Positions 46,350-55,217 of a stretch of DNA of 64,000 nt are shown piece after piece. Where the stretch lies: positions 1-64,000 of IMG/VR virus record IMGVR_UViG_3300021185_002756. One strand, 5' to 3'. The notes beneath the pieces were generated by a model, which had not been told where the DNA came from, searched no databases, and saw only the letters and a program-made list of their open reading frames with translations. A program made the position numbers and the translations under genes. The stretch is from a virus. How positions within the stretch are numbered: position 1 is the first letter of the stretch; each line of letters starts with the position of its first letter.

Positions 46350-46458
46350 TTGTCATTGAGGTCCAGTTTGCAATTTCTTCCAATGTACGACCACAACCTA
46401 TACATATGTCATCCTCTACCTTGCATATGTTTACACAAGGTGATGCTAGTTCAATCAC
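46300..46458 (-). CDS. DUF1289 (putative Fe-S) protein
   Basis: Not in track (GTG start): SPCVNICKVEDDICIGCGRTLEEIANWTSMTNEER. Confidence 0.85.
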   Translation of the reverse strand: MIELASPCVNICKVEDDICIGCGRTLEEIANWTSMTNEERKSINERFFKQKP

Positions 46459-47357
46459 TGTTGTTTTCTTCTCCAACGGCCATACATATCAAATATACTC
46501 ATTGAAATCCATATGCCTAACAATGCATTCAGCATGAATGCTTGCCCACTTGCCAACAACTGTTTTACATGGATAAACATAAACATCGCAGTGATGAATA
46601 TCATTATTCGATCAGTCAGGTTTAACTTCACGTGTTCTTTCTGCAATTAAGGCTCCTTCGAGTTCATCTAATCTTTTTTCTAATGCTACAATCCTTTTGC
46701 TCGCTTCGAGAGGATTCATTAATACATCTTTTATCTTGCACTTTTCTGCCTCTTCTCTGAGACGTCTTTTCATATATTCCATATGTCTTTCCATCACTAC
46801 TGCTTTCTAACTAACGTTATAATTTTCTCTTACAACAAACACTTGCCACGTTGGATTTTCTGCTTCAAGTTTTTTTGCTTTGGCCTCTAGATAATCGCGA
46901 TCTTCGTTCACTTCAACAATTTGCAATCTTGTTTGATTGGTTTGCCTAACAATCAGTTTGTACTCTATAATAAAATCATTTGGTGAAGTCATCTTTTATC
47001 TTTCTACTTATAATGTCATGCTCATCTGGGTTGTTTCGTCTCCATTCTCTATCCTTGTACCAATCATATAAAAAAGAATACAGTACACCACAAAACAAAC
47101 ACAAGCCAATGCCACTTGCTATGTTAATCGCGATATCCATCAAGCAAATACATCCATGATAAACACATAAGCACCATAGGCATATAACATTACACATGGT
47201 GTGATAATAACATAGTTTGGATCGTGAAACTTCTTTATAAACTTCATCATAGGTTGTCTCCTGGTGTGTGTGATTGATAACCAATAAGGCAAGTTAAGTG
47301 TAATATAGAATGCTATCACTATTGATAGCAAACCTAAGCCTAATATTATACCTGTGC

Positions 47358-47480
47358 TCATTTTATTGTTTGTTTCTTTCTGTTATATGAACCTTTGCCC
47401 TTTTTACTCGCAACAACGGCGGGCTTGATTGTTCTAACCACTCGTGCTATTGGGTTCATTGGTTTCGTTTGCTTTTTCAT
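47358..47480 (-). CDS. ArfA-like ribosome rescue peptide
   Basis: Not in track: MKKQTKPMNPIARVVRTIKPAVVASKKGKGSYNRKKQTIK (alternative start 47459); KKGKGSY.RK is the ArfA signature. Confidence 0.65.
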   Translation of the reverse strand: MKKQTKPMNPIARVVRTIKPAVVASKKGKGSYNRKKQTIK

Positions 47481-47742
47481 CTGCTTTCTTCTTCAATGCT
47501 CTTGCCAGTGCAGGAGCCGGTATATCTTCTGTTAGTTGTATTAGCATTTTAGGATTTTGTTCCTGTAAATAATCAACCATGCTTTGGGCTTTTTCTTTTC
47601 TTGTGTACACATGAACCACACTATCTTCTAGGTCCCGCATTAGATAATAGTTCTTTTGCAAGACAGTTTCCATAAAGTAACCGTCTTTTGTTGCTAACCC
47701 TGATTTCTTTGGCCTACTTAGGTAGACTTTAATCGCATACAC
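47434..47742 (-). CDS. hypothetical protein
   Basis: ORF in early operon. Confidence 0.5.
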   Translation of the reverse strand: MYAIKVYLSRPKKSGLATKDGYFMETVLQKNYYLMRDLEDSVVHVYTRKEKAQSMVDYLQEQNPKMLIQLTEDIPAPALARALKKKADEKANETNEPNSTSG

Positions 47743-48038
47743 TCTATTTCTTTTAACTCTTCTTGTATTTCTCTGTGTCCATCCATGCTCAGGTAAAACC
47801 TATTGTCTTTTGGAAGATTGTTGTAAACTTCCTGTGCAGTTTTTCCTTGTGCTAAGAACTGCTTTGTAATTTCGTGATACAAGTAAAACTGACCGTCACG
47901 TTCTTCTACTATACAAATTACTATACGTTCCATAAAGTGAGACAAAGCTGCTTTTATTTTCATTTCTCTTTTGTATGCATAGTATTCATATACAAAATAG
48001 CCTACTATCACTGCTAAAAATATAATAAAAATTTCCAT
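47718..48038 (-). CDS. membrane-anchored hypothetical protein
   Basis: N-terminal TM; FLAQG motif. Confidence 0.55.
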   Translation of the reverse strand: MEIFIIFLAVIVGYFVYEYYAYKREMKIKAALSHFMERIVICIVEERDGQFYLYHEITKQFLAQGKTAQEVYNNLPKDNRFYLSMDGHREIQEELKEIECMRLKST

Positions 48039-48094
48039 TGTATACCTATTTATTTTCGTTTATTATACACTAAAATAAGATAACTTCAAACCGT

Positions 48095-48325
48095 TTAGGA
48101 CAAATAATAATAGGCAAGCCCAAGCAAGCCGACTGCACTCATTACACTGTTCGTAATGATTAGACTCCATTCTCGCCATAAACAACTTACTACTAACCAA
48201 ATTAAGCCGCCAACGGCAAGTATTATCGGACCAACAGGAAATAATTCAGGAAAGGCACTGTTAACAAATGAACCAACAATAAGTGTACCAGTTGCTATCC
48301 ATTTTAGATATACATCAATTTTCAT
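48095..48325 (-). CDS. small 3-TM membrane protein
   Basis: KWIAT..W..W.E.SLIITN; similar to 41102..41320. Confidence 0.6.
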   Translation of the reverse strand: MKIDVYLKWIATGTLIVGSFVNSAFPELFPVGPIILAVGGLIWLVVSCLWREWSLIITNSVMSAVGLLGLAYYYLS

Positions 48326-48805
48326 TGGCAGTTCTTTCAAATGCTTCTAGCTGTGATCTTTTACGTTCAATCATAACATCAATTGTTCTAATTGCTACAA
48401 AAGCTTCAGGAGCATCAACTAGTTTTAGTTTGTCAACAGCTTCTTCAAGCTCATTGATTTCCAACACAATTTCGTTCATCATATGATTACTGCTCCACTT
48501 GCATACACGGCAGCAACAACAGTTGCTCCAATTAAAATTACATATTCCATAGTATTCCCCTTTATGTAAAAATGTACGGCAATGCAATAACACTGTCGCT
48601 AGCTTTTATAGCAATTAAAAATAAAACTTCTGCTAAAGACATTATGCTGCCCCCTGGTTATAAACTTTGTATGCTTGTATTGTTCTGTCTGGAAAAGCAT
48701 ACGGATTACGTTGAATAAAGATCAACAATTCTTTCATTGTTAATCCTAGGAACACACGTTCTTTGTTGAGTACAGTGGTTGCACCTTTTAGTTTCATGTT
48801 ATACA

Positions 48806-49162
48806 TTATGCAGCCACCTGTACATACGGCTTGTTCCATTTACCAACATTGATATCTGTATAATGACTTACATGAAAATAATCGCTTTGGATATCAGACT
48901 TATCAAACCAATCTGGACCTTTCATAGCGGCTAGTAATTCTGTTAAGAATGCTTTAGCAACACCTGTGTAATGAGCATCAATATGGTAAACGTTAACACT
49001 GGTAAAATCATTATGATCAAAATCAATTGGACCACTTTGTAGATTAACTACTAAACTAAAGTGATGCTTTACTGCAATAGTGCCCTTCATCTTATACTTC
49101 TTAAGAATTGCTTTGATTGTTGGGCTTAACTTTGCTTTTGTTTCTTGACTTACATATGCCAT
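48806..49162 (-). CDS. conserved phage early protein
   Basis: DKSDIQSDYFHVSHY..INVGKWNKPY; has its own promoter. Confidence 0.65.
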   Translation of the reverse strand: MAYVSQETKAKLSPTIKAILKKYKMKGTIAVKHHFSLVVNLQSGPIDFDHNDFTSVNVYHIDAHYTGVAKAFLTELLAAMKGPDWFDKSDIQSDYFHVSHYTDINVGKWNKPYVQVAA

Positions 49163-49228
49163 TTACTTCTCCTATTTTCTAACTGTACATACAGTATAAC
49201 ACACTATTACTCTTTGTCAACCTTTTTA

Positions 49229-49393
49229 TTACTTTTGGTTATGAATGTTTTTTACAATTTTAATAATTTCTGGCACAGTAATCTCTTCACCATTGGCTGG
49301 TGTTTTTGCTAACATATAACCAATTTGAATATATGCTTTTTCAACTGACATTGTACAAAGGGCTTCTTCTACAATTTTTTCTCTAAGCGTCAT
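49229..49393 (-). CDS. 54-aa early protein
   Basis: Not in track: MTLREKIVEEALCTMSVEKAYIQIGYMLAK..; has its own promoter and RBS. Confidence 0.6.
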   Translation of the reverse strand: MTLREKIVEEALCTMSVEKAYIQIGYMLAKTPANGEEITVPEIIKIVKNIHNQK

Positions 49394-49481
49394 GTAATGT
49401 TCTCCTATTTTCTAACTGTACATACAGCATAACACAGTCTACGATATTGTCAACCTTTTTATTACTTTAGGTAAGAACTAG

Positions 49482-49712
49482 TTAAGCAACTAGTTCAAAG
49501 TTAGGTTTTGCATTATAAGGTACAGGTTGAAACCCAAATACTTTATTTGCATTGGCAATATTTGCTAACGGCTTGTTTAGCACATGCTCCTCAGCATATT
49601 TTGTTGCAGAATCTTTTGTGGCAAAAGACATTGGAACAGTACTGTTTGGATTACAAACAACGTCACGTACGACACAACTTTTAAGCGATACTAAACATTT
49701 TAACATATACAT
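49482..49712 (-). CDS. 76-aa early protein
   Basis: Has its own promoter and RBS. Confidence 0.6.
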   Translation of the reverse strand: MYMLKCLVSLKSCVVRDVVCNPNSTVPMSFATKDSATKYAEEHVLNKPLANIANANKVFGFQPVPYNAKPNFELVA

Positions 49713-49938
49713 AAGCAGTTCTCCTATTTTCTAACTGTATATACATATTAACACAGTCTACACTATTGTCAACCTTTTTATATAAAAAGAATAATAAAAT
49801 TGCATTCATGCTAGATATAGTGTAATAAAATTAAATCAAGTCGATTAGTGCTAAAAAAGCAAGACTGTTTTTACAAAAAACGGCTCTTAAATAGCCAAAA
49901 AACTTGGTTTTTGATTTTTGCCTTGTATAAATAAAAAT

Positions 49939-50040
49939 GTAGCAAGAAACTGTTACAAGGCACCTGGGAAAGACCAAGTGGCGGCGGGAACCAGACCGCG
50001 GTATTGCTCCCCTCAAGCATATAACATTAACTAGGAGAAA
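49939..50040 (+). ncRNA. candidate structured 5' leader (four hairpins)
   Basis: GC-rich island after TATAAATA: GTAGCA/TGTTAC, CACCTGG/CCAAGTG, GCGG/CCGC and TGCT-CCCCTCA-AGCA. Confidence 0.5.
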
Positions 50041-50043
50041 AAA

Positions 50044-50202
50044 ATGGCAAAAAAGCTATCTAAAAACCTTGTGGCAATGTTTCGTAAGATGTTTGACACA
50101 AGATCACCACAAGAGAAGTATCTGTCACAGAGTGCAGACTTATGTGATTTAGAGTATCGTATGAGACGATTACACACAACAATGGGAAAGTTAGGATTAT
50201 AA
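50044..50202 (+). CDS. DUF3563 family small protein
   Basis: Not in track: ..EKYLSQSADLCDLEYRMRRL..; RBS AGGAG. Confidence 0.75.
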   Translation: MAKKLSKNLVAMFRKMFDTRSPQEKYLSQSADLCDLEYRMRRLHTTMGKLGL

Positions 50203-50203
50203 A

Positions 50204-50404
50204 ATGACTGCGTTAGTAATGAATACAATGAGTTCAATGGAATCAGTACTTAGAACACTAATTACAGGTTATGCAATAGCAACTGGTAAGATTAAACAAC
50301 GTATGATCGAAAACAGAACTAGACAAGCACTTGCATATCTCAGTGATAGAGAACTTAAAGATATTGGATTAACACGAGATCAATTAGAAAGAGGTCAGTT
50401 CTAA
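50204..50404 (+). CDS. DUF1127 (YjiS-like) small protein
   Basis: RTRQALAYLSDRELKDIGLTR. Confidence 0.9.
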   Translation: MTALVMNTMSSMESVLRTLITGYAIATGKIKQRMIENRTRQALAYLSDRELKDIGLTRDQLERGQF

Positions 50405-50520
50405 TGAGTATACTTAGAGCAATAAGCAATTTTTGCATCCATATTGGACAAGCAAGAGCAGATAGAGAATTAGCAACCATGGAGTTGTATTATGAAACAA
50501 GGGAGGAAAATAAATGGTAA
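50404..50520 (+). CDS. 38-aa small protein
   Basis: MSILRAISNFCIHIGQARADRELATMELYYETREENKW; TAATG overlap with the upstream gene. Confidence 0.6.
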   Translation: MSILRAISNFCIHIGQARADRELATMELYYETREENKW

Positions 50521-50606
50521 ATTTTGTTAAAGGCGCAACTGGCGTAGCAACATTAATTTCAATACTAGGATTAGTATTCTTATCAAGTCTACCGGCTGCA
50601 ATATAA
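50514..50606 (+). CDS. 30-aa single-TM protein
   Basis: RBS GGAGG; MVNFVKGATGVATLISILGLVFLSSLPAAI. Confidence 0.6.
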   Translation: MVNFVKGATGVATLISILGLVFLSSLPAAI

Positions 50607-50655
50607 TGTGGCCCTACACTGATGAAGAAAATGACTTTTTAAGTTAAGTACAATT

Positions 50656-50886
50656 ATGAAAACGTTTTTAATAGTATTAGTAATGATGGCAACTGCCGAC
50701 CTTGGTGAAGACTTGTATATTATACAAGAGCCAAAGTTTATGCAACCCAACCAGTGTGTACAGTTTGTACGTGCTAATAATACCAGTTTGATTGCAAAAG
50801 CTCAGAGTGAATACCCTGGTAGAGCCGTTGCTGACATATACTGTGTGCCCGAAAAACGTTTAGGACTCTTTCTCAAACAAGCATAA
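50656..50886 (+). CDS. small protein with Cys pair
   Basis: Hydrophobic N-terminus, C..C. Confidence 0.55.
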   Translation: MKTFLIVLVMMATADLGEDLYIIQEPKFMQPNQCVQFVRANNTSLIAKAQSEYPGRAVADIYCVPEKRLGLFLKQA

Positions 50887-50930
50887 AAAAGGTGTAGAAA
50901 ACAATCGTCAGAAAAGTTTGTCTACACCTA
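50885..50930. terminator. hairpin between convergent genes
   Basis: AGGTGTAGA..TCTACACCT with an A6 tract on the left (U-tail on the minus strand). Confidence 0.55.
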
Positions 50931-50955
50931 ATGTGTGAGTAGCTATATTATATTG

Positions 50956-51189
50956 TTATTTTGATTTGTATATATGATATAGTACCCATATAGCAACAAG
51001 GCCTACTAGTCCTTGTGCTGAAAAGCCTGCTATAATGTTTTGTACATTTGCAATGATTGCAATATCAGGCCAGAATGGAACACCTTTTCCGTTCACAAGA
51101 ACTTCAAGTACAATGCCTAATGCGAGGAGCGAAACTGCTACCTCCGTTAGTGCATTTGCCCATCCTTTTATTTTTGCTAAGATATCCAT
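50956..51189 (-). CDS. two-TM late membrane protein
   Basis: RBS AGGAGG; TAAATA upstream. Confidence 0.65.
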   Translation of the reverse strand: MDILAKIKGWANALTEVAVSLLALGIVLEVLVNGKGVPFWPDIAIIANVQNIIAGFSAQGLVGLVAIWVLYHIYKSK

Positions 51190-51308
51190 GATACCTCCTT
51201 TTCTACTGACTGTTGTTTAAGCCAGTATAGTATTTAGGCACCGGTTCTATTATGTTATAATAGCTGTTATCTACAATAAATACAGTCATAAGAAACTAGG
51301 ACCATGAC

Positions 51309-52346
51309 ATGTTAATAAAAGAAATTTTACGTGAAGATGCTGACTTTGAAAGTATGAAATCTGTTATTGCGGCAAAGATAAAAGAACTTCCTGCAGATAA
51401 TGCAACACAGAAAGCCCTTGCTGAGATTGAGGATCTACTCAAGTATGTCAATGCAGGCGGACGTATCGGTATTATCAATGGTGAGCTTAAATCAATCAAT
51501 GATCCAACAGTAGATGCAGCACAAAAACAATTAGCACGATATTTAATGAGTATGGAAATGACACCAGCTCAAAGAGACGGATTATTTAATGCTTGGAGAG
51601 AAGATAAGATTGTAGATCGCGGTCGGTTACTTGACACCAGTAAACCTGCTACATTTGCTGATATTTTTAGAGGGTACAATACTAATCCTGCAATTAAAGA
51701 ACTAGTCGATGATGTTATGCGGATTGACGCATTAGGACAAGGTAAAGGCGAGTTTGGCCTAAGTGTGCTTAGTAAATCAATCAATAAGCAACAAGGCAAA
51801 GGGGACTTAGACATTGACGGAAGAGATATCGAAGTCAAAACAACCGACGGAGGTGCAGGTAGATTTACCGATCAAGATGTACGTCCAGGTCCTGGATTTG
51901 AAGCAGCCGCAAACGACCTAACACAGTACACCTTAGACTTAGGTTGGAAAATACCTCAGAGTGGTATAAACATAAACAGCTTAGTTAAGATATATAACGA
52001 AGCTGAAGATAAGCAAACTTTTATCAATAAAGTTGAAAAGGTGATTAGCTTAATCTTTAATGGATTAGATGTGAAACCAATAATCAGTGCCTTGGTAAGT
52101 GGTGACGTTGGCAAAGCAAAACAAGAATATTCTAAGGCAAGTTTTAATTACTATATGTCAAAGAAAAAAGATGAAGGTGTATTATATATTGATTTGCCAA
52201 AAAATAAAACGGTATATTTCAAGGATGCTGATGAACTCATTAAAACTGGTATGAGACTAGCCGCTGACACTGTTTATATAACTTCCGTAAAAGATATTCG
52301 ATTACCATATCCTCAAATATCAGTTGTGCCAACGACAAGAAGTTGA
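51309..52346 (+). CDS. late protein with PD-(D/E)xK nuclease-like motif
   Basis: GKGEF..KGDLDIDGRDIEVKT; N-terminal MLIKEILRE. Confidence 0.55.
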   Translation: MLIKEILREDADFESMKSVIAAKIKELPADNATQKALAEIEDLLKYVNAGGRIGIINGELKSINDPTVDAAQKQLARYLMSMEMTPAQRDGLFNAWREDKIVDRGRLLDTSKPATFADIFRGYNTNPAIKELVDDVMRIDALGQGKGEFGLSVLSKSINKQQGKGDLDIDGRDIEVKTTDGGAGRFTDQDVRPGPGFEAAANDLTQYTLDLGWKIPQSGININSLVKIYNEAEDKQTFINKVEKVISLIFNGLDVKPIISALVSGDVGKAKQEYSKASFNYYMSKKKDEGVLYIDLPKNKTVYFKDADELIKTGMRLAADTVYITSVKDIRLPYPQISVVPTTRS

Positions 52347-52396
52347 TAGCCGACCCTTCTATCATTTAAGTATGTAAGGGCCGACTCTAGGGGATT

Positions 52397-53161
52397 CTAT
52401 CTACACTGATTAATATTCACAACATGTATTCTAGCATTGTGTATATTATGTGCATCAGCTCTTGTAATTTCTAGTTCTATATGACTTTGTATCTCTAACC
52501 AGCCATTGATAATTGTGCCGTTGCCATTTGGTTGTACCATTTTATTTTTAGCCATTCTTGAACCCTGTGTAAGTCCGCTTAGTTCTGGCAAGTCAAAGCA
52601 ACCTAGGCTTCTATTTCCAACGACGACTTGCAGTTGTGGTCCTGCTCTGTACAAGCCTCTCATTAGTTTATTTGAACTGGTCATATCAAGTTGAACGTCG
52701 TAGCCAGGTGTGGTCCAATGTTTTGTGTTTATAAACTTTGCAAAGCCTTTACCACCTGGATTACTACTGGCAGCCACTGCATTGTATAGTTCGCTTATGT
52801 ACTGTTGGTTCCAACGTACCACAAACTGTATATTCATATACGTGCGTCTGTTTCTGTTTGGGAAAGTTGGTCTAGCAATAGTTACGTTAAATGCTCTATG
52901 CGGAAACCCATTGATTACATTATCAAGCCTGGCATCATTCTGTTTATGATCATAAAACTTTGGAGTCTTATTTACTGGAGCAACATATGGCTTTTCTTTT
53001 AAAAGGTTTAAAACACCCATTACAATGGTTGTTTCTGTGAAAATTTGATTATAGTCTATCTTTGGAGCCTGTGTAAAAATATCATTTGCTAAAGCTCTGT
53101 TGGTTGTACCACAACTTATTAAGGCAGTTGCTACGCCTAGAATGGCTAATTTTTTAAACAT
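52397..53161 (-). CDS. putative lipoprotein
   Basis: MFKKLAILGVATALISC lipobox-like sequence. Confidence 0.55.
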   Translation of the reverse strand: MFKKLAILGVATALISCGTTNRALANDIFTQAPKIDYNQIFTETTIVMGVLNLLKEKPYVAPVNKTPKFYDHKQNDARLDNVINGFPHRAFNVTIARPTFPNRNRRTYMNIQFVVRWNQQYISELYNAVAASSNPGGKGFAKFINTKHWTTPGYDVQLDMTSSNKLMRGLYRAGPQLQVVVGNRSLGCFDLPELSGLTQGSRMAKNKMVQPNGNGTIINGWLEIQSHIELEITRADAHNIHNARIHVVNINQCR

Positions 53162-53338
53162 AATTTGCACTCCAAGTCCAATCACTCATATAAACACCTA
53201 CTGCAATACATACAAATATCAATGCTATTACAATCACACTCAACTTAAATACTGCACTTAGTATTGCTGGAAAAAACTTTACCAACACATATGCTATTGC
53301 AATAAAACCAATTACCTGTAGTACGATATCCATTTATT

Positions 53339-53398
53339 ACCCCTTGTTTCTAACTATACATATATAATAACACAGAATAGTATTAAGTCAACCTTTTT
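53339..53398 (-). promoter_or_regulatory. early promoter plus conserved leader
   Basis: AAAAAGGTTGACT-N16-TATTAT-ATATGTATAGTTAGAAACAAGGG. Confidence 0.85.
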
Positions 53399-53445
53399 AT
53401 AAGTTTAGGAACAAATAAATACACTGTCAACACAAAGGAGCGAAA

Positions 53446-53958
53446 ATGGCACATTTTGAATCGTTAATGAAAGCACAGTTTAATCCACCGAGGAATTGGA
53501 CACTATTAGAAGATCTAAAGTTTCATAGTGATCTACTCACCGACGACCAAGCAGAAATGCTGAGACACTGTGGAGTAAAGGTACGAAATCATAACAAAAC
53601 TGATGCTTATGTTATTACTATACCAGTTGAGTATGTAACTGATATGGCTAGTGTTCCAAGAGCTATCTGGGCATTTATTGCACCTTTTGACGTTGCAAGA
53701 CCAGCAGTAGTACATGATATCATGTATGAAAAAATAAACACACAGTATAAGGCAGTAAATGAGTCAGCAGCCGCTGAAGAAGGACCTGCAACGAAAAAAG
53801 AAAGAGAAGCATATAGAAAGATTGCTGATGCAATCTTCTTAGAAGGCATGCATGTAACAGAACCAGCAGTTGCAGGATGGAAGAAGTATGCTTGTTATTA
53901 TGCAGTGAGAGTGTTTGGAAGATTTGCAATCAATTCCAGTGCTAAAAGAATCGTCTAA
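53446..53958 (+). CDS. DUF1353 family protein
   Basis: IP..YVTDMASVPR..AVVHD..ADAIF.E.M..Y.AVR.FG. Confidence 0.85.
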   Translation: MAHFESLMKAQFNPPRNWTLLEDLKFHSDLLTDDQAEMLRHCGVKVRNHNKTDAYVITIPVEYVTDMASVPRAIWAFIAPFDVARPAVVHDIMYEKINTQYKAVNESAAAEEGPATKKEREAYRKIADAIFLEGMHVTEPAVAGWKKYACYYAVRVFGRFAINSSAKRIV

Positions 53959-54704
53959 AACTGATTGGTGTGTATCACCATACTACGTTTGGTTTTAAGA
54001 TTACGTGCTAGGAAATTGTCTGCACAGTGCAGTTGATTGGCATCCCATATTACTGTACTACCCGGTTTCCATTTATAAATTTTATCAATCTCTAAACCTT
54101 CTATATTTTCATACGGTATATGGCTAAGATATTCACGCCATGTTTCTTTATCAATACTATATCCCTCAATGCATCCTTCTACGTTTGGATGATCAATTGG
54201 TCGTAACCACTTCTGCTTATGATTTCCTAGTTTACTTTTTTCTTGAAATTTTTTTCCAAATGATCGAAGATAGTTCCTTTGTTTAAACGTAAGACTATAA
54301 GTGGTAGCCCATTCGCCTGTTTCATCAATTACATCCAATGGTATCAGGATAACTTTATGTGGTATTTTATCTGCATACCATCTAAGATCAGCATGTATGT
54401 TCCAAGGAATGATTGCTTCTTGCCATGCAAAAAAGTCCAACTGATAATTTCCTATATAGTCTTGCAACTTTGTATGTAATAGTTCTTTTATTCGAGGACC
54501 ATGCGGTTCGTGTTCGTAGGCACTGCCAGAATACTTGCTAATTTTACCATGTTCAGGATATTCGATGGTGTCAATCATACTTCTAAGTTCAACAAGCTCA
54601 TCTTGAGAGATAAAATCTTCTACTACAATTGTTGGTGAATTTGTTGATTGCATTTTTGCAATTTGTTCAACAGTGTATGCATTTTTTTCGTAATAGTGTG
54701 ACAT
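53955..54704 (-). CDS. 2OG-Fe(II) oxygenase-like protein
   Basis: IHAD, LIPL, WKPG..IWD..LHC. Confidence 0.55.
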   Translation of the reverse strand: MSHYYEKNAYTVEQIAKMQSTNSPTIVVEDFISQDELVELRSMIDTIEYPEHGKISKYSGSAYEHEPHGPRIKELLHTKLQDYIGNYQLDFFAWQEAIIPWNIHADLRWYADKIPHKVILIPLDVIDETGEWATTYSLTFKQRNYLRSFGKKFQEKSKLGNHKQKWLRPIDHPNVEGCIEGYSIDKETWREYLSHIPYENIEGLEIDKIYKWKPGSTVIWDANQLHCADNFLARNLKTKRSMVIHTNQF

Positions 54705-55020
54705 TCTAGTTTTTAACTAAACCTGCCTTTAATGCTTTTTTAGCCATTCTATAACTAAGTCTAGCAGTGTTACGTCTTTCACTTCTATACTCTTGGCTTG
54801 GTCTTCCGCCGTTGATAGTCCCTTCAGGCTTGTACCTGTGCATGAAGTCGCTTACGCAGTTGAATCTTCCTTGCCAAATATGTCCGTTTCCTTGATACAT
54901 GTCGTCTCCTATTTAAAATAATATGCTAATGGTAGTGCTATTGCAAAAAATGCAAACAAGTGCCATAACTTTACAGTTGGATACACTACTTTGTCTTTTG
55001 GTGGTTCGTTAAAAAAATCT

Positions 55021-55212
55021 TTATCCATTGTTACAATTCCTACAATAGCATGGTTTAACTAATAGGTGGACCGCACCCATTGCTATCCACATGTAGGTCA
55101 TTTCGCTAAGTCCTAAAAACTTAGCACCGTGACTCATATCATGCATTAGATCATGTGCTAAAAAGAATGCACCTAATGCAAAAAATATAAAACTTCCTAT
55201 ATATCTACGCAT
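55021..55212 (-). CDS. small membrane protein
   Basis: Two TM segments, His/Met-rich loop. Confidence 0.5.
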   Translation of the reverse strand: MRRYIGSFIFFALGAFFLAHDLMHDMSHGAKFLGLSEMTYMWIAMGAVHLLVKPCYCRNCNNG

Positions 55213-55217
55213 GTTTC

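Larger units (their letters stand above)
49168..49780 (-). repeat. three near-identical promoter+leader units (49168-49227, 49401-49460, 49720-49779)
   Basis: Each reads AAAAAGGTTGACAA-..-TGTGTTA(TAC/TGC/ATA)T-GTAT(G/A)TACAGTTAGAAAATAGGAG and precedes a single small ORF. Confidence 0.9.

Noticed and set aside
49168-49780. Possible CRISPR array or integron attC sites
   Set aside because: The repeats are promoter+RBS units separated by whole genes; they are not palindromic and no cas or integrase gene is present in the window.
49939-50020. Cobalamin riboswitch (GGGAA, ACTG, AGACC words)
   Set aside because: Element order and the B12 box do not match, and the region is too short; kept only as an unknown structured leader.
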